NCBI GenBank assembly: GCA_021613535.1
Contig: CP075495.1
Span: 558,001 to 622,000 of the forward strand
Length of the DNA: 64,000 bases
DNA from: Adineta vaga
Taxonomy: Eukaryota; Animalia; Rotifera
Direction: 5' to 3'
Each line of letters opens with the position of its first letter. Position 1 is the first letter of the stretch. The translations under genes and the position numbers were made by a program. Under the pieces are notes generated by a model. That model was not told where the DNA came from. It did not search any database and saw only the letters and a program-made list of their open reading frames with translations. Positions 12,736 through 26,867 of the stretch are shown here, piece by piece.

Positions 12736-13778
12736 TTATTCACCTTTCCAACCGGTTTTTTTTAACCAATCTTCAAATGTATTGAGATGAGTTAATTGTT
12801 TTCCAGTTGTCCAATCTTTATTTTTTCCATAATAACCATATTGTTCAAACCATTTAAACATATAGAAAAGATCATCTTGAGCTGATTTTGGTAGAAAACC
12901 TGTTGCTCCACGAAATTCTTCTTCTGTTAATGTTTTTGAAATCGATGGAATTCCAGTTACGTTAGTAAATATTTTTGAAACATCTTCAAAACGAATTTCT
13001 TCACTACAAATACAAATATCTTTTCCAACAAATTTTTCTGGATCTTCTAATATTTCACGTACAATTGAACCTGTATCATCGATATCAACTAAATGTAAGG
13101 TCGCTTTTTGATCTAATGGACTAGCAAATACAATTGTTCCATCATCTAATTTTTGTGGTTTTGAAAGAGTTTGCCAATTTTGTATGTAACATCCTGGTTC
13201 AACATAGATCGCTTTTAAATCGGGATATTTTTCTTTAATATAATCACGAATCTTCGCCTTCTGTGTAAAATGTGGTACATGTCTATAGAAGAAATAAATA
13301 TTCATAAACATTTCAATAAAAATGTCATTTTATACGTACAATTTGTCTTCACTTAATTTATCGACATCTTCAACTGTACTGAATATATAATAAGGAATTT
13401 GAAGAGAAGCAGCAATATCAGCCATAAGTTTTCCTTGTTGTACTTCTACTTCAGGTTGATGAGGTTGAGCCCAAAAATCAGTTAAAGCAAATATTGCCCA
13501 TGAATCTTTGAATGCACATTGAACATCGTCATTTTTATTAATATCACATGCTACCATTTCAATATTATCACTTAAACGTGCTATCGCTTGTGCTTTTTCA
13601 CTTTTTGTATCACGAGTTAAACCTCGAATCTATTTATAAGTGTCACATATGAATAATAATAATAATACAAATCTTCAATTCTTACCTTATATTTATCGCT
13701 TTCAATCAATGATCGAACAACTGCACCACCTTGTGCACCAGTTGCTCCAACTACCGTCACTAATCGTTTACTAGCCAT
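12736..13778 (-). CDS. NmrA-like NAD(P)-binding protein, copy 1 (complete, 3 exons)
   Basis: MASKRLVTVVGATGAQGG Rossmann motif, VPHF..K, and TFEDWLK end. Introns at 13685..13630 and 13339..13283. Confidence 0.9.
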
Positions 13779-15015
13779 TTTGTAGGATAAAAATCATTTT
13801 CAAACGATGTTTATATACAAGAATATTCGAGGTCACGAACGAATAGTACGATTAGTTACGGTATATACACATGTGACCGAACGAAGAAGAAAGATGTAAA
13901 CATATCGATAGAGCGTCAAGGTGAAAGACATTTATAGCCACGAAAAAAATTTAACTAATACCGCGGTTTTTAACGGTTTTTGAAAAAAAACTCTAATCCA
14001 TCGTCATGGTGTATTGTTTCTATCAGTTATCCGGTAACTCTTGACTTTCCATGTTCGCCACTAGTCTACAATGTCTGCACATTGATATCACATCACGGTC
14101 AATCCTATAGTATCATTATCTACTTTATATCCATCTGCTTCTTGTCAGATTCGAACTCCTTACCATAGCATTGTCGTTCACTAATTTCATTGAAATATAT
14201 GGTGATGTTTATAATAATATCAAATATGATAGTCTAGCTGATTACTAATGATAAGCCTTTTCATATAGAAATATACGTATCATATACAAACAAGTAACGC
14301 GAATCCTTCGAATTCGCTTGCCCTTTTCTGAAAGAACGGTTCTTTAGTGGGAATTAAGAGCATCCTCTATTCTGTGGGAACAAATCAAGCCTAGCAGCCA
14401 CACTGTTCGCTTGTTAATCTATTCCCCTGCCACTTATTTGTCAAAGTTTTAGTATAGATAACGCTCGTCAAGCAGACTCCCTAAACCCTCGATTGATCGT
14501 GCTCGATGGGCTCTCAGAGAACACTATAACAACACTCTTTTGTGCCCTTCTATATACTTTGTTCCATAGTTTCTCAATTTTCAGCACTATATTCCATGAC
14601 TCCAAGAATGCACTCATGAACTTTTTCAGGATCTTGTTTGAACGCATTTGTGACATCGAGTTATGCCCGCAGCGGCTCGTCGGTCGCCGGCGTCCCTTCG
14701 GTCCGCCACTCCCGACTCGCCGCTGCTAACCGATGATTATAACCCCTTTTCAGTCTATACATTACCGTCCTATAATTTTCGCACAAGCATTTTGAAGCAG
14801 ACACTCTCGTAGTGTAACGTAATCATCTTATACGGTGCGAGGGGGAGATATTGAGAATCTGACGATGCCATTGGATTCGGCCAACCCATCTACGATTCCA
14901 GGGGTTTGGCCCAAACACCCATCTCAGGCCCGAAACATCGGATTAAAACTTTCAACAAGCCACGAGTGTTATGGGATTTCCTTCACCGAAATACCTCTAG
15001 AAACATCTTCTGCGA

Positions 15016-15307
15016 TGTTGGTGTTTGTACCTTGAGTGAGTTCAATATGTTTTATTGAACAACCAAAAATACCACGAAAAGAACAGAAAGAGAAAAGGTG
15101 AAGAAAACAGTAGAAAGAATACCCCAAGAGAGAGAGAGAAGAGAACATGTATATATATACTAATATATAGATATACGTAATAGTCTTGTGCATGACTTTT
15201 AGTCATGTGGAAGAGAATAAGGAAATAGACGGAGAAGAGAAACGAAGAAAGTAGGTCAAAATAGAAAGAAAGAAAGAAAGAACGAAATAGAAACTATATC
15301 ACCAACA
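15016..15307 (-). mobile_element. Solo LTR (292 bp)
   Basis: Termini TGTTGGTG...CACCAACA. Flanks TGCGA/TGCGG form a near-perfect 5-bp TSD. A TATA-like tract (~15150) lies upstream of a minus-strand AATAAA (~15052-15057). Confidence 0.7.
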
Positions 15308-15580
15308 TGCGGAAAGTAGACATCGATGTTTTCTCGACCTAATGCTTTTTTTGACCCTGCACAGATATACACAAACGCATTTCAGTATTTGTCACATACA
15401 TTGCGCCTTCAATCGAGGGAATATTTCGACTTTCCTCATTCTGTTCTGTCTTACGCAGCTAATATTCGAACCGCACCGATTTCGTTCTCTCCGCTTCCTG
15501 GAACAATCAGCCATCTTGAGGGTGTGGGTGTGGGCAAAGAACAAAGACATTCACACCCACACCCTAGTTCGAAATAAGCT

Positions 15581-17172
15581 TCAACGAATCCATACAAGAA
15601 TATCACTACTATAGTCTTCAGTCACTGCACATGTTGATGGTAATTGTTGACGTAACCATTGAACAATTTCCTCTATTGCAAATGATACTGAGCCGTTTGT
15701 TGGCCAATAATAATCTAAAGAACAGACATGTAATGACCGAAGATTTGGCATATTGTTTATCAGAGCCAGAATATTTCTTTTGTTTTTAACAGTAATTGTC
15801 AAAGTTTCACATTGAATACCTAACGGCGAACGACACAATTCCATGCATTCCTGTTCATCAAAACAGTAATTTTGACCATTAAAATTGAGTCTTATCAGGT
15901 CCAGTCGATGAACTGAAGCACTGTGTAATCCTGTCAATGGTGGCTCAGAATCAGATCGCGACCAAGTACTGAACTCGAGTGAATGGAGACAAGATGCTCG
16001 ATCTAGTATAAGTTGTAGTTGGAACTGAATATTGTTTAAATTTTTGCTCTTATCCGTATAAACCAAAAGTGATCTAAGTCGATCAAATTTAGGAATAATA
16101 CAAAACAATTGCTCATCAAACGGTAATGATAATAGAAGATATTCAATATTATTAAAACGACAACGAGATAGGATCGGATCCTTGAGAGATAAGGGTCCAT
16201 ACCTTAACGACGTTATACGGGGACATTGCAAATATTCATCATGGTATGGAGCAGTTGATTTTGCTAAAAGACAAATCTGATATTCCCAGAAAAGATCGAG
16301 ACTATCTGGCACAGTAAATAGATCAATAATACCAAATTGATCTATTTTTTCATCTATTGTGTACCAATGACATCGTACAAACCATTGATGTTCATTTATC
16401 CAGAAACTTGTTCGATATGGACTAATTATTTCATTTAATTGTTCTTCTTTATCTGGATTATCAAATGGTGAAAATCTCATTTTCACTTGAAAGATTTTTA
16501 ATTTTGGTAAAGATTTTTAATTTTGTTAAAGATTTTGTAATAAGATTTTCCCACTAATATCCGTTTATATAATCATTCAAATCACATTTTAATCGATATA
16601 AATTCGGCAGATTTTCTAAAACATGTTCGAACATCTTTTCGCAGCCCTGGAATGCGATGTTTAATCGAGTTATTGAATTAATAGGTTTTAATATTTGTGA
16701 TTCATAGTATCCAACTGAAAAAGACCCTGAAAGATGTCGAAGGTCAGGTGTGTGATGACATAAATCAGCAAATGTTGCTAAAGAATAAGTATTCTGTTGA
16801 ATATTTAAATACTTTAATGATTTTGAAATAACTGTTCAATTGCAAAAATCTTCCGCAGAAGATGTGATACTTAAATGAACAGATTCTAGTTTTGATAAAC
16901 TCCATACGTGATTAAATACATGTTGCTTATTATTTTTACTCATTGGCGCTGTACCTTCGATTGTGAGATGTCTCAAATGAGGAAGATCCGAACATTCATT
17001 CATGATTTCATCTAGTGTTTGTTTAGATGGAAGATTACTGATTAATAGTGCTGCTAAATGAATAAATTGACGAAGTTTATAATCTTGAGATAGAAAAAAT
17101 TGAATGGCTTGTGGAGTTTCTTTATCATTCGAAAGTTGAATTGATATGATTCGATTACGAATTGATGGAACA
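15581..17172 (-). pseudogene. F-box/LRR-like family gene, disrupted and 5'-truncated
   Basis: The 3' ORF has family motifs FWINEHQWFVRCHW, SPLGIQCETL and LINNMPNLRSL. Upstream sequence is homologous but frameshifted (19-bp tandem duplication at 16491-16528) and cut at ~17175 by an insertion. Confidence 0.7.
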
Positions 17173-17173
17173 T

Positions 17174-18054
17174 CCCATGTTTGCGATTGCGATTAAATTG
17201 CGACGGAATTGCGTCGCAATTGCGACGAAATAATCACATTTTCCCACAATCTTGCTTTCCATTATTCTCGTCATTATTCCGATAATAATCGATGAATAAA
17301 CCGCCAGAATAAGTGGAAATTATGTTATATTCTGTGATATTTATTGATCATTTACAAACAGACAAAAAATTGTGCAAAAAAAATAATTATTAGTAAACAG
17401 ACTAATGTACGAATCCTGTTGAATGCCAGGAAGGACGCGATTTTTAGTGACTGTAACCACTCTTACTCAGACATAACTAACACCCACCCACGCACCAATC
17501 AACAATTGACGGTAAGCACTTATCACCCATCGACAACAGTCACGCGCCCATTAACGACCGAAAACACCTACCGATGACTCATCAACACTATTTACCCACC
17601 CATCATCCATCGCAAACAACCACCAGATACTTATTACTTGACAAAATAGCATCTAGAACGTCATGAATTAGAAAAACGATATTTAAAATCTAAATGGCTG
17701 AAAAAAAATAGCACCTAAAATCTGATTGGTCCGTATATGACAATGAGTCATCACTTAGATGACTCATGTATAGGTTTGGTATTGCTTACCTTTCGAGATT
17801 GATAGTCCGCAGATCAAGTTACCTGGTAGTTGAAAAGAAAAAAATGACCTTAAATATCCATTACATCTTCTTTTATAAACCATTCGAGACAATAGGCTTT
17901 ATTATTCAAAACCATCCAATAGAGAAACTAGAGAAATGCGGTAACTGCGACGCAAGTGCGATCGCTAATGTGTCGCAGTGAGCGCAGTATCCATGGTGTG
18001 ACTGACTGCGATAATTGCGGCGCAGATACGATCACAAATGCGTCGCAGTAACCA
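17174..18054. mobile_element. Putative non-autonomous DNA element with TGCGA/TCGCA subterminal repeats at both ends
   Basis: Clusters of TGCGA(C/T)/TCGCA motifs at 17182-17227 and 17937-18050, GC-rich relative to the flanks. It interrupts the F-box-like gene. TIR and TSD were not resolved. Confidence 0.45.
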
Positions 18055-19218
18055 TTTCTTTTGATAACAAATCAACTCTGATATGTCTCGAATGATTTGT
18101 TATCGTACCTAACATTTCTTCTACTGCATATACACTTTTTATTTTTTCTTTAACAATAATTATTATATCTTCAATTTTGATTTGTTCCAATCAATAAGTA
18201 ATATTTCTGGAATAATGAAAATAAAAGAAACAATTATTTTTAACGATTTAAAATAATTAGTATTGATCAGCACATTGTATATGTTTAGCTTGATCAGATT
18301 TTGTTTCAAATACATGAATATCACCAATTTGACTACATGTAAGAAAATTACGAAAAAAACAAACGAATCTTTTTCAAATATTCTTTATTATTTGATTTAT
18401 TTATAAATAGCTTATTTAAGAACAACGAGAATTTTTACGTAAAGATACACCTCAATTAGTATCGGTTTATAATTCAACGATGTTCGGTTATGATGATTTA
18501 TCAAAAGAAAATATTCAACAAACAAAAACAATTCGTTAGTTACAAACATGTATTAGATTATTAGAAAAATCAGAAAATGCTTTACAATGAAGATTGAATT
18601 TGTTTTAATCTTAATGAACATACATTATTCATTTGATTGATTATCATAACGATTATATTTCCCATAAGAATAAACGATCTTTTTACCGGTTATAGAATAT
18701 CACATGATGAAAATATTTCCAAGGAAATAAAATGAGTGAATATTATGTCTTTCATTATATGTAGAAATAACTCGTTCATTTCACTCACTGACAGTTAATG
18801 ACTTTTTGTTAATCACAAAAAAACTTTTAATAAATATTTTTTCAATTCGCCTGATAGTTGAACAAAATTTAATTCAAATTATCTAGATAAATATCGAAAT
18901 AAACAATTGATGAAAAATACATGCGAATAGAACGGCAAGGAAATGGATCTTTCAACAGAAAGATGACTAAATTTTTTATGACTAATTTTCAAGTAAAGTC
19001 GATATAGTTGTTTCATTTTCATCATAGTTCAACTAAGAAAAGGAAAACAACGAGTGAGAATTGTATTGATCTTATCGTATTGGACTTTATCTAAAAGTTC
19101 TCCACAAGATTTGATTTTTTATTTCAAACATTATCGAAACAGAAAAGTTGCAAACTAGTATATCCGATACGAAAGATTGAGAATTGAAGACAAACGAAAA
19201 AAAAATTAAATAAAGGCT

Positions 19219-20383
19219 TTAATAGGGATACGATTTGCTATGATCGACTTGTATACCTTTGTCACATTGTTCTTGATGTTTTTGATCGAGATAATTGAGA
19301 AGAACATCTTCATAAGCTTTTTTTCCTTTATATCGTGAAACATCATCAGGCCAACTTCGTATAGCTGATGCTAATCGTTCGGCAATTCCTGGTTCTTGAG
19401 CAATTTCCACAACAGGAATAAAATAAGGTCGAATAATAAAAAGAATCGCATCTGATCTTGGTAATCTTCGACGTGTTTGTCGTTCACTACGAAAATGAAT
19501 CTGTTCAATAGGTGGATTGAGTTGAGCATTATCCCATCCAATTCCAAAATGATCTTCCGAGCCAATCGAAGATGACCAAGGTAATTCTCCATCTGTTTGA
19601 ATAAAATAATTATATCGAACAATTGAATGTTGCGGAGTCATTTTTCGAAAATAACGTTCCATACTATGTTGTAATTTTTCTTTAAATTTTGGAACATGAC
19701 TAGAAAGATGAATTTGAGCTAATGGCATATTAAATTTATCTTCAAGACACCAAAATCCAGGAAGAAGAATAACATCACGAGCTTTAAGATAATATTGTCC
19801 ATCATCACCTTCCATCATTAAAGCTAAATCATCTTGAATGAGAAGTGATGCATATTTAAGTGGATCATCACTTTCTATTGGATAAATTTCTCCTGTTGTT
19901 TTAATTCGAATTTGTTTTTGTTGTTGATCATTAAATTGATATTCAAACAAAGATGGATAACGATGAACTAAATATTCTGAAAGTAATTCCATCCATTGTT
20001 TCTAATGCAGCATCTTTTGCTTCAGATGAAGTTTTTCATAGATGAGATGCTCGTTCAGATGAAAGACGAGAAAGTTTTTCTTGATGATATTTTGTCCATT
20101 GATTATCTAATTCAATCCAATCATTTAAATCTAAACGTGAAATTCCCATAGTAATAAAATAATCAGGTCCATATTTAAATGGTCGATATGGTAATGGACG
20201 AGTATCATCAATTGACCAATAGGGATAAGGTGGTGAAGGAGGAAACTCAATTGAAATTGGATTCCATTTTCCAAATGATCGTTTTTTATTCGAGATTGTC
20301 TTTCTTGATTCTTCATGTTTTGATCGAATGATAAAAAATATCATCACAATCACGAATGCAATCGATAAGAAATATTCTAACAT
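19219..20383 (-). pseudogene. DUF3445/HRQ-family (heme-dependent oxidative N-demethylase alpha-like) gene, intronless, disrupted
   Basis: PLPYRPFKYGP.Y.ITMG, WIELD, LLIQDDLALM, PGFW, HFRSERQT.RRLP.S.AILF motifs. In-frame TGA at 20036-20038 and a 4-bp ATGG duplication at 19989-19996. Confidence 0.85.
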
Positions 20384-20637
20384 TGTCGATATGAAAAATC
20401 AAATATATGGGATAAGTGTAAATAATCTTTTTCTTTTCTTTTCTTTTCTTTTCTATCTATGTGAATGATAAAAGACAAACAACGTGCAATGAGAATACTG
20501 TTCGTTCTGTTTACCATTATCTTTTCAATAGGAGAAAGAACATGATGACATCTTTTTTCCCTCTTAATCTATTTTGATAAAAAGAATATTTTCGATAAAT
20601 GAAAGGTCGTGTAAGAGCATTCATTTATGGAACAGTT

Positions 20638-21150
20638 TTAGATGATATTTGTATTATGTCGAATGGCTGATCTACAGAAATATCTAACAAAAACAATTTG
20701 AAGATGATTGATGAAAAAATCATGTTGACTTTCAGCATATCGCATCCAGAAAAAGAATTCCATTTTCACTGTCACACCAATAAGATGAAATAGTTGATAT
20801 TCATCAAAGAATATGTCGAGATATCCTAGGTAATATGCACTAATAAAGGCTATGACAAAATATTTTTTTATCAACAAAATAAATATGTAGGAAGAAATTT
20901 CTTTGCCTGCATATGAACGTAATCGGATAGATGGATAAATGGCATAAAGGAAAGTACGATAACAAGGAAAAAAGAACAAGTAAAATGTATGTAAGATCAA
21001 GAAAAATAAATACATGTGTGTGGTAATCAGGTGAATCATTGATATGACGGCGAAATAAACAGTTAACCCTACTTTCGTGTTAGTAACACAGGACATTGCA
21101 TGATCATCCATTGACGAAAATTGAACAAATGTTTCATTTTTCAATAGCAT
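20638..21150 (-). pseudogene. Possible decayed PAQR/AdipoR-family fragment
   Basis: LGYLDIFFDEYQLFHLIGV resembles the PAQR C-terminal motif (G.FD....SHQ.FH). The ORF appears to read through intron-like tracts. Confidence 0.4.
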
Positions 21151-21759
21151 TTACAAAATTGATTGAAGGAAAACAAACGTAAGAATTTCACTCGACAAAA
21201 ATAAAGTTAATCTATATTCATTGCTTTCTCCTCCTTAATTAGTAAACTGACATATATACATTCAATCGGTCTACCAATGATATCGTTTTCTTTCTTACAT
21301 TGAATTTATTATGGCTCAATTAATCCCTTCGAAATATTACTGATTGATTTTTGAAAATATTTTAAACGTTTGTTAGTTAAAAAATAGTTCGTTTTACTTT
21401 CTTCATGAAATAAATTTTTCTACTCGAATAAATATTTTGACAATTGTTTTATTTTTTCAGAAAAAATTCAAAATTTAGCTATCAAAAACCCGGAACTATC
21501 TCATTTTTTTCAGAGCTAATTTCAATGTCAGAATTATTGAATTTACTTTTTAATAATTCGAAACGCGCAGTGATATAATTCTTTGAAATCCTTCAGGAAT
21601 CACCTGTAAGACTGCTCTTCTTGGAGTTTCTGAAGCTGATAATTCAGAAACCTAAGTTAGATCGAATGAAGTGAGACACGAGTCAGGAACAGGAGAAACT
21701 TTATGTTTCTTCATGATTGCATAAACCCTCTGATCCTATGTGATCACCTTGTTAATACG

Positions 21760-21812
21760 AACGACTTTCGTTGGTCCCAATGGTATTCACTTTAGAAAGG
21801 TTTTACGGTATA
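21760..21812 (-). mobile_element. Single pogo/Tigger-like terminal repeat remnant
   Basis: Minus strand TATACCGTAAAACCTTTCTAAAGTGAATACC resembles TA-CAGTAAAACC-type ends. No partner end found. Confidence 0.3.
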
Positions 21813-23241
21813 TATGTATATTAGAAATAACCGAATGACTGTTACAGTTTTATTCGATGATTATGAAGAAATTATTTCATTTTCAATATCAGTACAACTA
21901 TAACCGATTATTTAAGATGTTTTTTTTTTATCTTGATCGAATATAATCTAGCGCAAAATGATTTAACATTTAACTATCCGACGAAGCAATTTTTAACATC
22001 AGAAATCAATTTATATCCCTTTAGTGTAAAGTTTGAATTCAGTCTCAATACTTAAATGTCTTCTATTATATAAGTAAATTCTATTTGTTATCAACAGTCA
22101 GTGAAATATTTGCAGAGAGGATCAATATGTATCTCTTCATCATCTGACGATTGAAAATAGACACACGCGTAGTCACTTCGGAAGTGTGCATCCCATCAGT
22201 AATAACCTAGAATGAAAATATTTGGGATGACAATTACATGTTTTGATAAGGCGATCACGCATAAAATTGTTTCATTGCACGGTTTTCGTCTCCATTTATT
22301 GTTTATTTCAAAAATTTTATGTGTAGTAATTGCCACGCTTTCAGCCCGCCATAGCATCCCATTCGTAACGGACTAATTGTATTTTTTACTTTTTTGTCTA
22401 CTGCATCGGATGAAGTTACTTTCTGACGAATAGATCAACAACAAACTGATCTACAATGATCCGATGAACATGATAGCATTAATCTGAATGACTGTTCATT
22501 ATCTTCTGACCTTTTTTCAACAAATCTCTCGTTTTTTTTCTCTCCACAAGATCTCTTCGTATGTATGATCGACGGAATATGAATATTTTGAATCTGACAA
22601 GCTCTATTTAGGAGTAAAAGTTAATTATAAGTCCATTATTTCAAGATCACTTTCAAAATGACCTGAGAAACGTATAGAATATACTAGTCACCTATATAAA
22701 CAAGCGAAAAAGCAAATGCCGTATTTTTACAGCGACTATCAGGTTCACATAAAAAAGAATTTCTTTGAAACTGTTAAGAGTGCGATTCAAAATTAGGGTC
22801 CAGATCCGCAAAATATTAGATCTGATGGGCTCTACAGTTCAGACACAGGTAAATGACCTTCGCCAATATATATTCTAACAATATAAAAACTATGTAATAT
22901 CTTTGAATAAATCTATAGTTTATTAACATGCAATATTAAAGCAAAACTCTCTGTTGATCTCATAAAACATAATTCTCTCAATAGAATCAAAATAGCAATT
23001 AATCGTTATAAATGTTCATGATATCAGATATTTTTTAACGACAATGACGAAAAGAGAAATAATCTCCGTTTTTCTTTCGTTCATTCAATTATATTAGTCA
23101 TTGTTGATTTGGACTAAAAAAAACATCATCATTCTCATTGGTGGTTATTGATGACATGACATCGGTCAAAAAAAATGAAATGATCATATATAAATGTTCA
23201 CATCTGTGAGTGAAAAAAAAGAGACACAGGCATAGATAAAC

Positions 23242-25051
23242 ATGGAAGATTTATCGAATAAATTAAGTGATTTACCAGATGAGATGCTTATATTTATTCT
23301 AGGAAAATTGCCTAATATCGAAGTACTCGATTCTATAATAGGGATTAATGAACGACTCAATACAATTGCATATGACTCAGTTTTTACAAGTCATTTAACA
23401 TTATATTTGGTGAATAAATGTATCTGTTCATTACCTGATCCAATGCTTGATCGATTTTGCTTACAAATTTTACCTAAAATTCACCAGAAAATCAAGTGGC
23501 TTAATCTTGAATCAAGATCTATGGAACGTATTCTTCTTGCTACAGATTATCCTAATCTAAATGGACTTGGTTTATATGATATTGATGTAGCAAAAGCTCT
23601 GTCTGTTTTTAATAGTAAGTTACTTTAATTGTGAATTAATATGAAGTAGATAAAAATTCAATGTATTTCTCATCTAATCGAGAGAAGAATTGAAGTATGA
23701 ATATCTATATTCTATTACTAATTTCAAAGAAATTGAGTATAGTTTATTTATTTGTTTATACTTTTATTTTTATTTTTATTTAGATAATATTGTCTTTACT
23801 CGTATAAACAAAAGCCAAATATCATCATTTGTTATCGATATTACTGGAGATAAAGAACACCTTGCAGCTTTTAAAAACGATGTGAATGAGATTGTATTTT
23901 CAAAAATCTTTACTATGTTCATCAATTTACAATATTTAAGCTTCGGTCCATGGTCAAATTTGCGGGGACCATCTTTATTTGAGATGCCATATCCAAATGT
24001 TATTTCTTCTAATCTGTTAGAATTACATATTTGTCAACCTTTCTTTACTGATTTGCTTTATTTACTTGATGGACGTTTTAATCAACTTCATACATTTCAT
24101 GCTAATACTATATACTTTTTATTCACCAATTCAACAATTCATAGTAGAGTAAATTATTTCTAATTAATATTCAACTGATTGAATTTTCTGTATCTTTTCT
24201 AGGACCAATTACCAAATCTAAGAAATGTTTCGTTACATTCTAATGATCATCTACATAATTATGATGGATTAATTGTACCACTTCTTCATCGGATGTTGAA
24301 TTTAGAAAAACTTGATTTACAACTGGTGTTATATCGTGAGAAAGGATTCATTAATGGAAATGATTTGAAAAAAGATATTATCAATAATATGCCAAGATTA
24401 AATCAATTTATATTTAATATTCGTTTATTCAATCATCGTCGTAATCAAACTAATATACTTTCAAATGAATATATTCAAAATACATTCAAAGATTTTCCAA
24501 GTAATCAAATCATTTCTTGTGTTGATTATTTTCAAGAAGAACAATACAGTTATTGTCATATTTATTCATATCCATATCGAATGAATTTTTATGATAATAT
24601 TTCAAATAATTTTCCAGGTGGATTATTTACAAATGTTCATACAGTATCATTATTTGATGAACGACCATTTGCACATGAATTTTTTATTCAAATTCAAAAA
24701 TCATTTCCATTGATGAAGGAATTAAAAGTAATTAATAAGAAACCACAGAAGAGAAAATCAAAGAACGACAATCAATATTTATTAATTATTAAATATTCTC
24801 ATCTAACAAAACTTTGTCTTTCTCGAGCTCATGATGATTATGTCGAACAATTTTTACTTGATACAAAAGTATTTATGCCGAATAATGTTTATCTTATTGC
24901 CGATTATGAAGCAATGAAAAGAGTTACAGAAAATTTCACAAGACATGCAACACGAGTTAATTGTACAAAATTGACTTCTGTAACTCTAATTGATGGATGT
25001 GAATACATTAAGCCAGTAAACGACTATTTTCCTCAGGCAAACAAACATTGA
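23242..25051 (+). CDS. F-box/LRR-like protein, 3 exons, apparently intact
   Basis: N-terminal LSDLPDEML..I F-box, LLDGRFNQLHTF, CHIYSYPY, and SLFDERPFAHEFF. Introns at 23615-23783 and 24149-24202 keep the frame. Confidence 0.88.
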
Positions 25052-25247
25052 TTATTGTAAAATAATTACTCAAATAAAACATGACAATGTCACTCGAGAT
25101 ATTCGTACGAATAAATATATGCTCATTAATATTTTTTCCCTTCTCTGATCTTTTTCTTCGATAATCAAATTTAATTCAAGAAGATGAATTGATTAAATAA
25201 ATGATGGATGTTTATTTATCTTCTTTTCTTTTACAAAAAAATTCTTT

Positions 25248-26230
25248 TATGAATTTTGTTCGACGTAATCGACCATAGCATTCACCATGTCGCCTGCTTT
25301 TTTCATGAAATCATCTAAATTTGTGATACCAATTTGATCGGGCATTATGCTAAAAGAAAAAAAAATTCTCTTTCTAAATATTAAACTGAAGTAAATTTAC
25401 TTCGTTGCATGGAAATGATTTTTCAAATCAAATTGTTCTGAAAATACTTTCGCTCCAATCTAAAAATTTTCAATTAAAATTAATGAAATGTTTTTTTTTC
25501 TTCTTTGACTACTTTAATAGTAAATCGATAATCATCGGTTTTTAACAAATGTATACCACAGAACAACACGTTTTTTTTTCACATAGATAATATGAGTTTC
25601 ATCTTCATTGATTAATTTTAATCGCTCGGCTGTCTATAATAAAAAAAATTCTTTCTTTTTCTTTAAAATTATCAAGAAAATCTAACCTGTGGAATTCTTC
25701 TTGAATAAAATCTCTCTGGCTTATTACAACAACATAACAAATAATTTCATAATGTCATTGACCAATAGCACACCAAATAAATCCATAACGTCGTTCACCA
25801 ACAACACAACAAATGACTCCATAATATCATTGACCAACTGAAAGAGAAATTCCTTTGTTTTAATTAAAGAAAGAAGAAAAAAATTACCTCGTCCGAATTG
25901 AGATGAACATTTAACAATGATTATTAATTGAGAATTTGATATAGGTAACCAAGTTGTTGAACAAACAAATGTGAAGGTGAACGTTTTTCTTTCTTTTCTT
26001 CTATCATCATTTCTACCATCTAATAGAGCATTGGATACAACATGATATCAATCATCATTTGATTGTTGTTCACAACGATGTTGAGAATAATTAAATGAAA
26101 TTCCATCTATACGACTTGTATCAACTAAAAAATATTTTTATTGAAATGTTATTTTCTTTGCCATGAATATAACGTACCATTTTGGTGATTGATATTGATA
26201 CATAAGAACTTTATACATACTATTGGAATA
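25248..26230 (-). pseudogene. Multi-exon gene of unknown function, probably disrupted
   Basis: About seven short exons with GT/AG boundaries, ending ...DMVNAMVDYVEQNS*. Internal stops and an internal duplication (TCATTGACCAA twice, ~25756 and ~25827). The 5' boundary is approximate. Confidence 0.4.
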
Positions 26231-26867
26231 ATGTGAATCTCTGTGTAAACATCTATCAACAATACGAAGTTATTATATCTAGAAACGAACAAGCAAATCA
26301 AATAATGTTATTCGAAAAAATACATTCATCTATCAGTAAATTAAAACAAATACAAAATCGCTTCGAATGTGTTAACAAAGCTAGTCGAGATAGAGTAACA
26401 GACGGACTAGTAAAGAGAAAAGTAAAACTAGACACCGGCCATTACTGCAAAGAATACTATCCAAACAATGTATATATGAGAGGAGAAAAATCGGTCAAAG
26501 AAGATCTAAAGAGAAATATTTAACTGCGTAAATTGTGACATAGACCTAGATCTATATGTCTACTAAGTTTAAAAAAAACAAAGGATAAATTGAATAATGT
26601 TGATCAACGAGAAAAGGGCATCAATGAAAACAAAGCAATTCTTTTTTGCTCTGATTTGAACAATTATCATCTAATTACAATTAGTTTTTCTCTTCTATTC
26701 ACTACGAAAAACTTTTTTGCTTTTCTTTTAGCGAAAGAAAATCATTTTCAAGAAAAAAAACATCCTAGAAAATTTTTTTCCAAAACAAAAACATTTGTTG
26801 TCATTATTTGCATCGGCCAATTTGTTTTTTCATCATGAACAGACTTTATTTCTCTCTAATCATTTAA

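Noticed and set aside
14468-15614. Several short overlapping ORFs
   Set aside because: They lie in repeat debris and have no recognisable domains.
26233-26540. 96-aa ORF or possible solo LTR
   Set aside because: No protein motifs, and only one LTR-like terminus with no TSD.
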